In this document: one piece after another, positions 1 through 9,893 of the stretch
Position numbering within the stretch: position 1 is the first letter of the stretch
Layout: each line of letters opens with the position of its first letter
Assembly: GCA_965217865.1 (NCBI GenBank)
Contig: CBDCJO010000002.1
Coordinates: 3,424,001-3,488,000, forward strand
DNA length: 64,000 nucleotides
Direction: 5' to 3'
Origin: Candidatus Latescibacterota bacterium
GTDB taxonomy: Bacteria > Latescibacterota > UBA2968 > SICM01
Made by a program: the position numbers and the translations under genes
The notes under the pieces: model-generated
Databases searched by the model: none
What the model was told of the DNA's origin: nothing
What the model saw: only the letters and a program-made list of their open reading frames with translations

Positions 1-498
1 GGGTTATCCCGCATCCGTGAGCATCGGGGAACCGACACCCGTCGGGTGGGCGAGCGATTGAGACAGGAAGAGGGGTTCGATTTCTGGGTATACAAGTGGC
101 GCGATTCGCTGGAGGGAGAACACCGAGATGGCGAATCGGGTATGGTCCAATCGGAGATCGTCCCGGACCCAAATCAAACGGATCCCTCTGAAAACACCCT
201 TGGCGAGGACCGGTTCGTCGTTCACGTGGGGATTTTTTCAGATGTGAAGGCCGCCGACCGCCGGGCGGTCCGGCTTTTCCAGAAGGGTTATCCCGCATCC
301 GTAAACATCGGAGGACCGACCCGATGGGGCCGTTATGGCGTAACTGTGGGAGCGTATCAATCGATTCAGGAAACCCGTCGGGTGGGCGATAGATTGAGAC
401 AGGAAGAGGGGCTCAATTTCTGGATATACAAATGGCGGGGAAGGCAGAAACCGGGAGTGGGGGCCCGGGAGTCAGGCGATAATTCTTTCGGCACCTGA
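1..498 (+). pseudogene. SPOR-repeat protein, 5' truncated by window; first repeat internally deleted and frameshifted
   Basis: Nt 1-100 repeat nt ~285-437 (GYPASV..., RVG.RLRQEEG..FW.YKWR), but the first copy lacks ~50 nt and changes frame. Second copy has a SPOR-like pattern (VVHVGIF...YGVTVGAY). Confidence 0.55.
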
Positions 499-542
499 CA
501 ACCGAAACCTGTGATTTCGGAGGTTTTTCGGTGCGTTACGCG

Positions 543-1064
543 ATGTGGAACTCCCTCATCCTGGGGGTTCTCTGGATCCTGGTCGTCATCATCGGGTTTT
601 TGTATGAGCGTCACAGGTCCAAGTAACTCGTGCGTTTGAAGCATCAGGACCGGCAGACGACGGCCAAGTTGAGTGAAATTTCGGCCTATCTGGCGATTTA
701 TGACGGTGTGAAGGAGACGCTTGCCCGTCTCCAGGAGCGGTGGCAGAACCGCTCGAGGTTCCTCATGACCGAAGACAGTCCGGGACAAACCTTCAGTTAC
801 CTGAACGAAATCCTGGATTTTCCCGAGGCCTCGATCACGTTCGACTTCACCTTCCTGGGCCGAGTCGACTCGACGAAGTACAGCCAGAATTCTTACGCCC
901 TCACCGGCGAAGGTGATTTTCGAAACCTTTACAACTTCATATGGTACATCGAACAGGGCCAGCCTTTTTACGCGATCTCCGATTTGGAGATCCAGGGAGA
1001 CGCGGGGCTGCGGCCACCCGACGAGGGGGATTCCCGAAAAGATCGTGATGGATGTCCCACTTGA
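543..1064 (+). pseudogene. PilO-like type IV pilus assembly protein with premature stop
   Basis: ATG543 encodes a TM helix (MWNSLILGVLWILVVIIGFLY), then in-frame TAA at 624-626; ORF 630-1064 continues in frame with PilO-like YALTGEGDFRNLYNFIWYIE. Lies upstream of a secretin. Confidence 0.55.
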
Positions 1065-1292
1065 AGATCGGTGAAGGATGTAGGACGTCAGACGGCAAAA
1101 GGCAGTAGCAGGTGGCAGTGGCAGGCAAAACAAGGAAGGGGCCGGAGGTCGGAGGTCAGAAGTCAGGAGGAATTGAAGATTGAAGATTGACGAATGAAAA
1201 TTGAAAAGATCCATCAAGAAGCTCTTTATTTCTTCAAATCTTCAATTTCCCGATATTCAATATTCAATGAAGTTGGGATTCCCAGAGGTTCC

Positions 1293-2502
1293 ATGAATCT
1301 GATCGTCATGATCATAACGATCGGCCTTTCCCTGACGGCGTCCATCGCAGGGGCACAGCAGGTCCGGCCGACACAGGGGGGACCGGTGCGAGTGCCCCAG
1401 GACCTTATCACCATTACTAGCGATACCCCCTTTGACCAGGCCCTGATTCATGATTCAGCAGGCAAGCGGGCTGGTCATCGTCGATCCCAAGGAACGGAAA
1501 GACCCGATCGGCCTTGAGGTCGACCGGCTTCCCTGGCGTCTTGCCATGCAGTTGATTGCGAGCACTCACAATCTCGAGATCGTTAAGGGGCCGGGATATT
1601 ACATGCTCGAGGGGGATGGAGAATCGGCAGCCAGGCCGGGTGTCGCAGGAGAAGAGATCGGAGCCGAAAAGATCGATGCCGACACCAGAGAGGTGAATAT
1701 CGCGACGGTCTTTTTTGAGGCGGACCGCTCGACGCTTCGTGAGCTGGGCGTCAACTGGAGCAGTCTGAAGGCCGGCAGGGTGGACGTGAATGCCTCCGGC
1801 CGTGCAGCGGATCTTGTCTCATCCCCGCTGGTCACCATCCGGGCGACCGGCAACCTCTCTCGCAACCTGAGCGTGGACGCCCTTCTGAAGGCTTTGGAGT
1901 CGCGGAACGTCGGAGAGGTGATCGCGAACCCTCAGGTCAAGGTGATCGGGGGGAAGCAGGGTCGAATCCAGGTCGGACAGGATTTCACGGTATTCACGAG
2001 GGACTTCGCGGGAAATGCCCTGACGGATTTCATCAGCACGGGGACGATTCTGCAGGTTGTGCCCCGGATCGTCGTCCAGGATTCCGTCGAGTTCGTTCAC
2101 CTGACCGTGGAGGCCGAGCGGAGCACCCTGATCGATCCGGTGAACACGGTCATCAACAAGACCCAGGCGAGAACCGAAGCTTTACTCTACGACGGAGAAG
2201 AGACCGCGATCGCCGGGCTCTATGTCAACGAGGTTCTGAATGTCCGAAGCGGTGTTCCCGTGTTGAAAGAACTCCCGACGTGGTTTTTCGGCCTTCGATA
2301 CTTGTTCGGGTACGATCGGCGATTGATCAGCAAGAAGGAGCTTGTCGTGCTGTTGAAGGTCAACATCGTTCCGAGCATTCGGAGCCGTTTGAAGGAAAAG
2401 GCCGAACCCAAAAGGGGGATGGACCTGATCAAGGAGAAATCGCAGGCGTTCGAGGAGTTGATCCGGGTGCGGGAGGAGCTGGAGGAGAAGGCCCAGGAGT
2501 AA
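1293..2502 (+). pseudogene. PilQ/GspD-type secretin, frameshifted near 1445
   Basis: Signal peptide (MNLIVMIITIGLSLTASIAGAQ) in ORF 1194-1517; secretin domain (ALLKALES..GEVIANPQV...GVPVLKELP..LFG) in a different frame, ORF 1450-2502. Confidence 0.75.
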
Positions 2503-2523
2503 AGATCTTTAAAGGACGATTAA

Positions 2524-3378
2524 GTGCCAACCGAAGCTGAGATCCTGCTTAAAGGTTTCACCGAGGAAGAGCGGTCGGACTTCCTGGGGATGGGGACGGA
2601 TAAACCCTTCTCCGCGAACCAGGTCATCCTGGCCACGGGCCAGGATGAATCGACCATGGGGATCGTGAAGGCTGGGAGGGTCGTGGTCTGGGTGGACCGG
2701 ACCCGGCTGGCCGAGCTGGATTCGGGCAGCACCCTGGGGACGTCCTCCGTGATTGAGCCTCATATTTCGACTGTCGTCATCAGAACCGAGACCGACGGGG
2801 TTATGACGAAGTTCGAGCGACAGAAGGTACTGGACTTCTTCCGCCATCGCCCCGAGCGGCTGTTTCATCAGTTCTGTGTGAATATATACAGTATTTGGGT
2901 CGAGATCCTCGAGGGGCGGAACCGGCGCATCTTCGAGTTGCAGTCCGCCCTGACAGTCCCTGCGTCCAGACAGGATAAACCCAGGGTGCTGATCGTGGAC
3001 GACGAAGACTCCATTAGGGACGCATTTGGAGACCTCCTGGAGGACAGCTATACTATACTTAAGGCAGCATCCGGACAGGAGGCCATTCGGATGACTCACG
3101 AGGATCGTCCGGACATCCTCCTCCTCGACCTCCGTATGCCGGGCACAGACGGATTCCAGGTCCTCCAGCGTCTCAAGGGCGATCCGGTGACATCCCACAT
3201 CCCGATCATGGTGATTACGGCCCTTACGGAGACCTCGAATAAAGTCAAAGGCCTCCTGCACGGAGCGGATGATTACCTCACCAAACCCGTGGATTCGGAT
3301 GACCTGAGGGGGAAACTCGACCAGATTCTCAGGAAATTCCAGATCATCGTGCAGAGCGCCCCGGAGACACCACAGTGA
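2524..3378 (+). CDS. cNMP-binding domain + receiver domain regulator
   Basis: N-terminal cNMP-like fold; C-terminal REC (VLIVDDE, LLDLRMP, DDYLTKP). Confidence 0.8.
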   Translation: MPTEAEILLKGFTEEERSDFLGMGTDKPFSANQVILATGQDESTMGIVKAGRVVVWVDRTRLAELDSGSTLGTSSVIEPHISTVVIRTETDGVMTKFERQKVLDFFRHRPERLFHQFCVNIYSIWVEILEGRNRRIFELQSALTVPASRQDKPRVLIVDDEDSIRDAFGDLLEDSYTILKAASGQEAIRMTHEDRPDILLLDLRMPGTDGFQVLQRLKGDPVTSHIPIMVITALTETSNKVKGLLHGADDYLTKPVDSDDLRGKLDQILRKFQIIVQSAPETPQ

Positions 3379-4139
3379 AGTTATCGCGGGAACAGGTCCG
3401 ACAGTTTAAAGAAGACGGTGTGATCGTGGTAGAGGACCTGCTGGATCGGGATGAGGTGGAGCGCCTCAAAGCATATGCCGAGGGGGTCGCCCGCGGAGAG
3501 TCGGGGATCATCCCGAAGAAGCTTCTCCAGGTGGAGCCCCGCGTGGCACGGGGGGAAGCCCGGGCGGACTCCGATGCAAACTCCCTCCGCAAGATGGCTC
3601 ATCTCGCCTTCTACGATCCTGTCTTCCTCGACCACGCCCGAAGTCCGAAGATCCTGGACGTCGTCGAGTCCCTCATGGGGCCCGACATCAAGCTCTACCA
3701 GGATCAGCTTTTTATGAAGCCGCCGGGCGTTGGCTCCCGGAAGTCGTATCACCAGGACATGCCTTGTGGTTTCCACATAGATCCTCCTGAGATGGTCACC
3801 TGCTGGGCGGCCTTGGACGATTCGACGGTCCAGAACGGATGTGTTCGAATGATCCCGGGGTCCCATCGGAACGGGATTCTGGACACATCCATCTGGGAGG
3901 CATACGAGAAGAAGGCCCTGGAAGGCCCCTTTCCCGAGGAAAGAGCACTGGAGATGAGGAAGGGGAGCTGTAGTTTTCACCATGGGCTTATACTCCACAG
4001 CAGCCACCCGAACACCTCGGACAAACCGCGCCGCGGCTATGCCACACACTATGTGAGCGCCAGGTGCCTCTACACCGGACCGCAGGAGGAGAACGACACG
4101 CTTCTGATGCGGGGCCGGCCTCACCCGGGTTGTATTTAA
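3375..4139 (+). CDS. phytanoyl-CoA dioxygenase (PhyH) family protein
   Basis: HQD motif, CWAALDD, H..N.S...RR. Confidence 0.9.
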   Translation: MKLSREQVRQFKEDGVIVVEDLLDRDEVERLKAYAEGVARGESGIIPKKLLQVEPRVARGEARADSDANSLRKMAHLAFYDPVFLDHARSPKILDVVESLMGPDIKLYQDQLFMKPPGVGSRKSYHQDMPCGFHIDPPEMVTCWAALDDSTVQNGCVRMIPGSHRNGILDTSIWEAYEKKALEGPFPEERALEMRKGSCSFHHGLILHSSHPNTSDKPRRGYATHYVSARCLYTGPQEENDTLLMRGRPHPGCI

Positions 4140-4170
4140 TCAATCCCTTTTCCCAGACCATCCGATCGCT

Positions 4171-4953
4171 TTGAAGCCCCCTGCCCTTATCCTCAGGACT
4201 GCCGGAACAAACTGCGATTACGAGACGGGTTTCGCCTTCGAGTTGGCGGGCGCAGAGATCGATCTGGTCCACGTAAACGCGCTCAGGTCGGGTGATCGGA
4301 AATTGATGGATTATCGGATCCTCGCCTTGCCCGGGGGATTCAGTTACGGTGACGATGTGGCCGCGGGGCGGATTCTGGGGAACGAACTGAAGCATAAATT
4401 GATGGACCCGTTATGTCGATTCATCGAAGCCGGCCGGCCGGTGATCGGCATTTGCAACGGGTTTCAGGTGCTCGTAAACGCCGGACTTCTGCCGGGATTG
4501 GACGGACCCCCGAATGACCGGGCGGCCACGCTGACGAACAACGACTCCGGGAAATTTGAGGACCGCTGGACGATCCTGGGAGCCGATCCGCAAAGCCCCT
4601 GCGTATTCACGGAAGGGATTGATGAACCGATTACGCTCCCGGTGGCCCACGGCGAGGGAAAATTCGTGACGAAGGACCAGGAGACTCTGAATCGGATGCG
4701 GGCCAATGGGCAGGTGGCCTTGCGTTATCTGGTCCCCGAAGGCGAGCGGGATTATCCGTGGGATCCGAACGGATCAATGGATCATGTGGCGGGGATCTGT
4801 GACCCGAGCGGACAGGTTTTCGGCCTGATGCCCCATCCTGAGCGGCACTGCCTGCCCACCCAGCATCCACGCTGGACACGAGAGGGACTCAAATCCCGGG
4901 GGGACGGGCTGATGATCTTTGAAAATGGAGTGAGGTATGCCAGAGACGTGTGA
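4171..4953 (+). CDS. purQ: phosphoribosylformylglycinamidine synthase I
   Basis: GTNCD, PGGFSYGD, GICNGFQ, AHGEG, MPHPER. Confidence 0.95.
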   Translation: MKPPALILRTAGTNCDYETGFAFELAGAEIDLVHVNALRSGDRKLMDYRILALPGGFSYGDDVAAGRILGNELKHKLMDPLCRFIEAGRPVIGICNGFQVLVNAGLLPGLDGPPNDRAATLTNNDSGKFEDRWTILGADPQSPCVFTEGIDEPITLPVAHGEGKFVTKDQETLNRMRANGQVALRYLVPEGERDYPWDPNGSMDHVAGICDPSGQVFGLMPHPERHCLPTQHPRWTREGLKSRGDGLMIFENGVRYARDV

Positions 4954-5920
4954 GACATCCAGAAATCGGGAAACGGGGATCCTCGCCCTCGCGCTGGCCT
5001 GCCTTTTTTCCGTAACCCCCGCCTTCTCCGACAGCACCTCAACCCTTAAAAAATCACGAAGCCCACTTTTCCGTTTCGTCATGGCGTTTGGTAGTCCCGG
5101 GGTTGGTTCGGGGCAGTTGAACAATCCGTCAGGGATTGCAGTGGATCAGATGGGAAACATCTATGTCGCCGACACGGATAACGATCGAATTCAGAGGTTC
5201 AGCCCCCGGGGGATCTTTCTCGATCAGGTTGGGGGGTTCGGAAGGAGAGATGGCCAGTTCAATCGGCCGGTAGGCGTTGCGGCTGGGTTCGGCCTGGAAA
5301 TCTTCGTGGCGGACAGCCGAAATCGTCGCATCTCTTTGTTTACGAACAACCTGCGTTTTGCTGGAACCTTTGGCGGGGAGGATGCCGGGCCACCCGGACT
5401 TGAGTTCGGTTTTTTAGGCGGCGTGGCCGTTTCCCGGACAGGTCAAGTCTATGTGAGTGATGTGGAGAAAAGCGAAGTGGTCAGGATCACACACTTCGAC
5501 CGGGTCGACCGAGGTTTCGGAGGGATCGGGTACGGTGGAGGGGAGTTATCCAGACCCGCGGGGTTGGCGATTTCGGAGGATGGAAAGGTCTATGTCGCCG
5601 ATCAGGGAAACGACCGGATGGTGGCCTTCGATGCCTTCGGAGGGCTTGTCGCGACCTTCGGAGAAGCCGAATTGAAGTCCCCGTCCGGGGTGGCGGTCGG
5701 TCCGAACGGCACCGTGGTCGTGGCAGACACCGGGCACAACCGGATCGTCTTTTTCGGGCGGCGGCATTATCAGGTGATCGGTCAGATGGGCCGGTTTGGA
5801 GACGGTCCGATGGGATATGATGCCCCGATGGACGTGTCGGTCGACCTGGACGGTTTCCTGTATGTGCTCGACAGCAAGAATGCAAGGGTAAATAAGTTCC
5901 AGATGCGATGGCCGGAATAG
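4937..5920 (+). CDS. secreted NHL-repeat beta-propeller protein
   Basis: Signal-like N-terminus; repeated P.G.AV...G.IYVAD..N.RI. Confidence 0.85.
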   Translation: MPETCETSRNRETGILALALACLFSVTPAFSDSTSTLKKSRSPLFRFVMAFGSPGVGSGQLNNPSGIAVDQMGNIYVADTDNDRIQRFSPRGIFLDQVGGFGRRDGQFNRPVGVAAGFGLEIFVADSRNRRISLFTNNLRFAGTFGGEDAGPPGLEFGFLGGVAVSRTGQVYVSDVEKSEVVRITHFDRVDRGFGGIGYGGGELSRPAGLAISEDGKVYVADQGNDRMVAFDAFGGLVATFGEAELKSPSGVAVGPNGTVVVADTGHNRIVFFGRRHYQVIGQMGRFGDGPMGYDAPMDVSVDLDGFLYVLDSKNARVNKFQMRWPE

Positions 5921-5950
5921 CCGGGGTTGTCGTGTAAGGGCGAAGGCCAT

Positions 5951-8900
5951 ATGCTGTTAAAAGGGGAAAAAAGAAATTGCAGCCTGAAAAGCGAGGATTA
6001 TAGAACAGCCAACCGAAGGACTAGGTTTTTTTTAATTTTCACTTTTCATTTTGCGATTTTTATTTTGAGTTCGGTTCTCTTCCCGCTCAACCTGGATGCG
6101 CGAAAGACCTACACAATGTTCGATGCGGAGGTTGAGGTGATGGCCGATGGGAGCAGGGGTCCCTATCGGTTGGGGGGGCATCGGATCGTCAGCCGGAGTG
6201 AAAGGATCCGTGTGGACGGTCGAATCGCAGATAGAGAGGTAGACTATCGGATCGACTACGAGAGGGGAGAGGTCACCTTCGAACAGGGCGTTACACGCGG
6301 TAAGATGGTCCACGCCACCTATCGATACATCCCGATTTTTCTAAAGCCCGTCTATCGTCATCGCAAACCCGCGGCAGGGGATCGTTCAAAAGCCTATTCC
6401 ACGCCGGCCTACGCAGATCCAAAACCCAAGGTTTTCTCACATCTCCCCGGGAGGCCGCCCGACGAATCGGATCTCACGGTCGGGGGAAGCAAGATGTTTC
6501 GGCTGTCCGTCGGGTCCGATCAGGATGCCACCCTCAACCAGAGCCTGCGGCTCAATCTATCGGGAAGGATCGGAGAAGATGTCCAGATCACGGGTATCCT
6601 GTCGGACCGGAATCTTCCGATTCAGCCGGAAGGCAACACCCGGACACTCGCGGACCTGGATCAGATCCTGCTCCGCATTCAGGCCCCCAATCTTTCCGCA
6701 GGGCTCGGGGATATGGACGTGAGTCTCACCGAGACGGAGTTCGTTCGGTACGAACGTCGCATCAAGGGGGTTACCGGAGATGTCTCCCTTCCTTCCGGTC
6801 GGCTTATGGTCTTTGGTGCTTCGAGCCCGGGAACCTTTCTCACACGTGAAATTTCGGGGGCCGACGGGGTTCAGGGCCCTTATTTGGTGAACCCGGGAGA
6901 TCGCATCCTTGCGGGGTCTGAACGGGTTTTTCTGGACGGGGAGCGGCTGGTAAGGGGCTTTAGCCAGGACTTCGTGATGGACTACGACGCGGGGACCATT
7001 ACGTTCACGCCCCGCAGACCCATTAGCACAGATTCCCGGATCGTGATCGAAGCACAACGTGCGGACGGATCTTACGGAAGACGCATCGTGGGCGGCCGCG
7101 GGCGGGTTGCGCTTCTGGACGGCCGGTTATCCGTGGGCGCCACGGCGGTCCAGGAGAAGGACCTCCTGGATCCCGGTCCCACGACCCCGTATTCCCTTTC
7201 TAAACCACCGGCCGGGCCACTCGAGCCGGATTCGACAGCGGTTTCGCCTTCGCGTCACCGTGTGATCGGTCTGGACATTTCCACTGAACCCGTGCGTAAT
7301 TTGAGCCTGAGAAGCGAAATCGCCGTGAGTGAACTCGATCAGGATCTCTTATCTGACGGTGATCGGTTCGGGCAGGGGGTTGCATTCCTGTCCGATCTGG
7401 CGTTACAGCCGACCCGGGTCGGGCTGCGGGGTCATTGTTTGGGATCCGTCGGTTTTTCGATGAAGCTGCGCTCGGTATCGGATCGTTTTAGATCGTCGGG
7501 GAGAACGCGGGGGGTTGAGGAACACCGAAAGTGGGGAGTCGGACCCGGAGCCTCCGGTGAACGCTCGGGGGAGGTGGGTGGAATCTACCGGTTGACGGAA
7601 AAGTCCGGCATTCGTGTGAGCTACGGACGGGGTCGTTGGGGGGGAGAACGCGGCGTTCGGCACGGCTTTTCTCTGTTCAGTGCCCAGCCCAAACTTCCGG
7701 ATGCCGCCTATGACTTCGAATCGGTACGGCAGGCCTCATCGGGCGGGGAACCCGGCAGGCTGGTGCGACACACGGCAACGTTCGGCAAAGCCCTCCACGG
7801 GATCCGGCCGGCCATCCGGTTCGCGTCAGAGCAAGCGGAGGGAATTGCGGCTCGAAACCTGGCGGTGGGATCTGCCGCGTACCGGGCCCCCTTGGGGGAT
7901 CCTCTTCCATCGTTTCAATCCCTGAGTTCAGGCGTGATCCCTGCGGGATGGCGCTATCGAGAGGTGCGCGGCATCCTTTCGTCGGAACCAAAACCTGGGG
8001 GTCAGCGGATCCTTTCATGGTCCTCCGAATGGCGTCACCGGGCTACAGAACGGCGCCGGAACGGAGCGTGGGCGGACAGCGGATCGGTTTCATCGGAAAG
8101 GCTTCGGCTCACCCTTTCCAGGTGGAATGCCCTGTCACTGGTCGGCGATTACATCCACAGGTCCAGGCAGACCTTCGGGGCTGCACCCACGAGGTCCACG
8201 GATCACCTCACGGAAGGACGACTGGTCTACGCGCCGTTAGATGGGGCGATCTCGAAGGAGATCTTCTACCGGCTCTCGAGCACTCGTCTGGAGAATCGAA
8301 AACGAAACTTCGTACTGGTGGGCAGAGGACACGGAGCGTATACCTGGGTGGATCTGGACAATGACGGTTCCGAGGACGAGGAGGAGTTTGTTCCCGACCC
8401 GGATGGGGACTACAGCCTTTACGTCGAGCGGACGGGGATCGGTGATCCCGTAAGGGACGCCACGTTCAGCGCGCGGCTATCGGTGGATTTTGACGGGTGG
8501 AATAGGGGGTCGGGGGAGGAAAAGTCGAGGATCGCCCCGAAACTGATAGGTGCTTTTTCAACGGAGACGTCTCTGGACGCGGACCGGAGGGTGTTGCCGG
8601 GCGGTGTGGAAGGAGTGGCTCCCTGGCGACTCCGGTCTTTTTCTAGGGGGCCTGACGTCCTGTTCGGCCGGCGCAGCATTCGGCAGGATGCCTATCTTTT
8701 TCGGTATGGCCGGCGGTTCTCGCTCCGTTTTCGATATCGAATCGACGATTCCGTGAACCGCGAGTTTTCCTCGGGTGACTTTCGTTCATCGTCGGAGCGC
8801 TCTTTGCGGATCCGGACACGCATTCGACCCGATATCGACGTTGAGATGGAGGTCTTCAAGCGTGGGCGGAACAATCAGGGAGGGCCAAACCGCACTTATG

Positions 8901-9292
8901 ACACAGATTCGAGGGAGGTCCGCAGCCGGGCACACTGGCGGACAGGAGATCTCCAGACCATCCTGACCCTATCCGCGGGACAGGGACGAGACCGAATCAG
9001 CCGAACGGTCACGCGGTTCCATTCTGTTGGTCCGGAGCTCATCCGATCTTTTAGAGGGTTGGGACGCATCCGAGCGGGGGCGGGTTGGACTCGAACCACC
9101 GCGTCCGAAGGAATCCCCTTGATCGTCGCGCTTTCTCAGGGGCGGCGCCCGGGAGATACCGTCAATTGGGAAGCCAGAGCGGATTTCCGAGTGGGTCGGA
9201 TTGTGACGGCTTCCTGTTCATACTCCGGGCGCCGGGTTCCGGGGTTACCCACCATCCATCTCGGTCAATCGGAGGTCCAGGCCTCGTTCTGA
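5951..9292 (+). CDS. large outer-membrane protein with SprA-like N-terminal motifs, function unknown
   Basis: 1.1-kaa ORF, hydrophobic leader, SE.V.LDG...DY..DY..G.ITF motifs, terminal Phe. Start uncertain. Confidence 0.6.
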   Translation: MLLKGEKRNCSLKSEDYRTANRRTRFFLIFTFHFAIFILSSVLFPLNLDARKTYTMFDAEVEVMADGSRGPYRLGGHRIVSRSERIRVDGRIADREVDYRIDYERGEVTFEQGVTRGKMVHATYRYIPIFLKPVYRHRKPAAGDRSKAYSTPAYADPKPKVFSHLPGRPPDESDLTVGGSKMFRLSVGSDQDATLNQSLRLNLSGRIGEDVQITGILSDRNLPIQPEGNTRTLADLDQILLRIQAPNLSAGLGDMDVSLTETEFVRYERRIKGVTGDVSLPSGRLMVFGASSPGTFLTREISGADGVQGPYLVNPGDRILAGSERVFLDGERLVRGFSQDFVMDYDAGTITFTPRRPISTDSRIVIEAQRADGSYGRRIVGGRGRVALLDGRLSVGATAVQEKDLLDPGPTTPYSLSKPPAGPLEPDSTAVSPSRHRVIGLDISTEPVRNLSLRSEIAVSELDQDLLSDGDRFGQGVAFLSDLALQPTRVGLRGHCLGSVGFSMKLRSVSDRFRSSGRTRGVEEHRKWGVGPGASGERSGEVGGIYRLTEKSGIRVSYGRGRWGGERGVRHGFSLFSAQPKLPDAAYDFESVRQASSGGEPGRLVRHTATFGKALHGIRPAIRFASEQAEGIAARNLAVGSAAYRAPLGDPLPSFQSLSSGVIPAGWRYREVRGILSSEPKPGGQRILSWSSEWRHRATERRRNGAWADSGSVSSERLRLTLSRWNALSLVGDYIHRSRQTFGAAPTRSTDHLTEGRLVYAPLDGAISKEIFYRLSSTRLENRKRNFVLVGRGHGAYTWVDLDNDGSEDEEEFVPDPDGDYSLYVERTGIGDPVRDATFSARLSVDFDGWNRGSGEEKSRIAPKLIGAFSTETSLDADRRVLPGGVEGVAPWRLRSFSRGPDVLFGRRSIRQDAYLFRYGRRFSLRFRYRIDDSVNREFSSGDFRSSSERSLRIRTRIRPDIDVEMEVFKRGRNNQGGPNRTYDTDSREVRSRAHWRTGDLQTILTLSAGQGRDRISRTVTRFHSVGPELIRSFRGLGRIRAGAGWTRTTASEGIPLIVALSQGRRPGDTVNWEARADFRVGRIVTASCSYSGRRVPGLPTIHLGQSEVQASF

Positions 9293-9329
9293 AAAAAACA
9301 ACCCTTCCGAGTGCCCGAAACAAGGTCTG

Positions 9330-9358
9330 TTGACAAAACCCGGCATGAATCTTATATT
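9330..9358 (+). promoter_or_regulatory. sigma70 promoter for HU
   Basis: TTGACA-17-TATATT. Confidence 0.75.
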
Positions 9359-9394
9359 TGGTCGATCTTCTGCGGAGGGAGGTGATTCACGAAT

Positions 9395-9670
9395 ATGGCA
9401 AACAAGGCAGATCTGATCGAGTCGGTGGTCCAGGATACGTCGCTTTCCAGAAAGGATGTCGAACAGGTCCTAGACAGCGCGATAGACAAGATTGTCAAGA
9501 CGCTCAGGGGCGGGGACAAGCTTACGATTTCGGGATTCGGGACTTTTTCTGTCAGTTCTCGTGCCGCCCGAACCGGACGAAATCCGCAAACCGGCGAACC
9601 GATCCAGATAGCGGCGAGTAAAAGCCCCCATTTTAAAGCCGGCAAGGGTTTCAAGACCGGCATCCAATAG
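9395..9670 (+). CDS. hup: HU family DNA-binding protein
   Basis: GFGTF, ARTGRNPQTGE, F.AGK; GGAGG RBS. Confidence 0.95.
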   Translation: MANKADLIESVVQDTSLSRKDVEQVLDSAIDKIVKTLRGGDKLTISGFGTFSVSSRAARTGRNPQTGEPIQIAASKSPHFKAGKGFKTGIQ

Positions 9671-9893
9671 TATAAGGTCGGATCAGGATCCCCGGGGGGG
9701 ACTCCCGGGGCCGAACCGGATCCACCCTATTATTCCACTGATCCACACATTCCCGAACTGAAACGCATATCCATTCGGCCACGGAATCACACGGGGTTTA
9801 ACGGATTTCGGATGGAAATTCGATCTCCAGAATCCGAAATTGGGAAACCCAATCGTGTGTTTTCGTGGCTTTTAAATCTACCCAGGTAAGGCC

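Noticed and set aside
9676-9725. GC-rich hairpin after hup as SRP RNA or tRNA
   Set aside because: No diagnostic motifs; more likely a simple stem-loop or terminator without a clear U tract.
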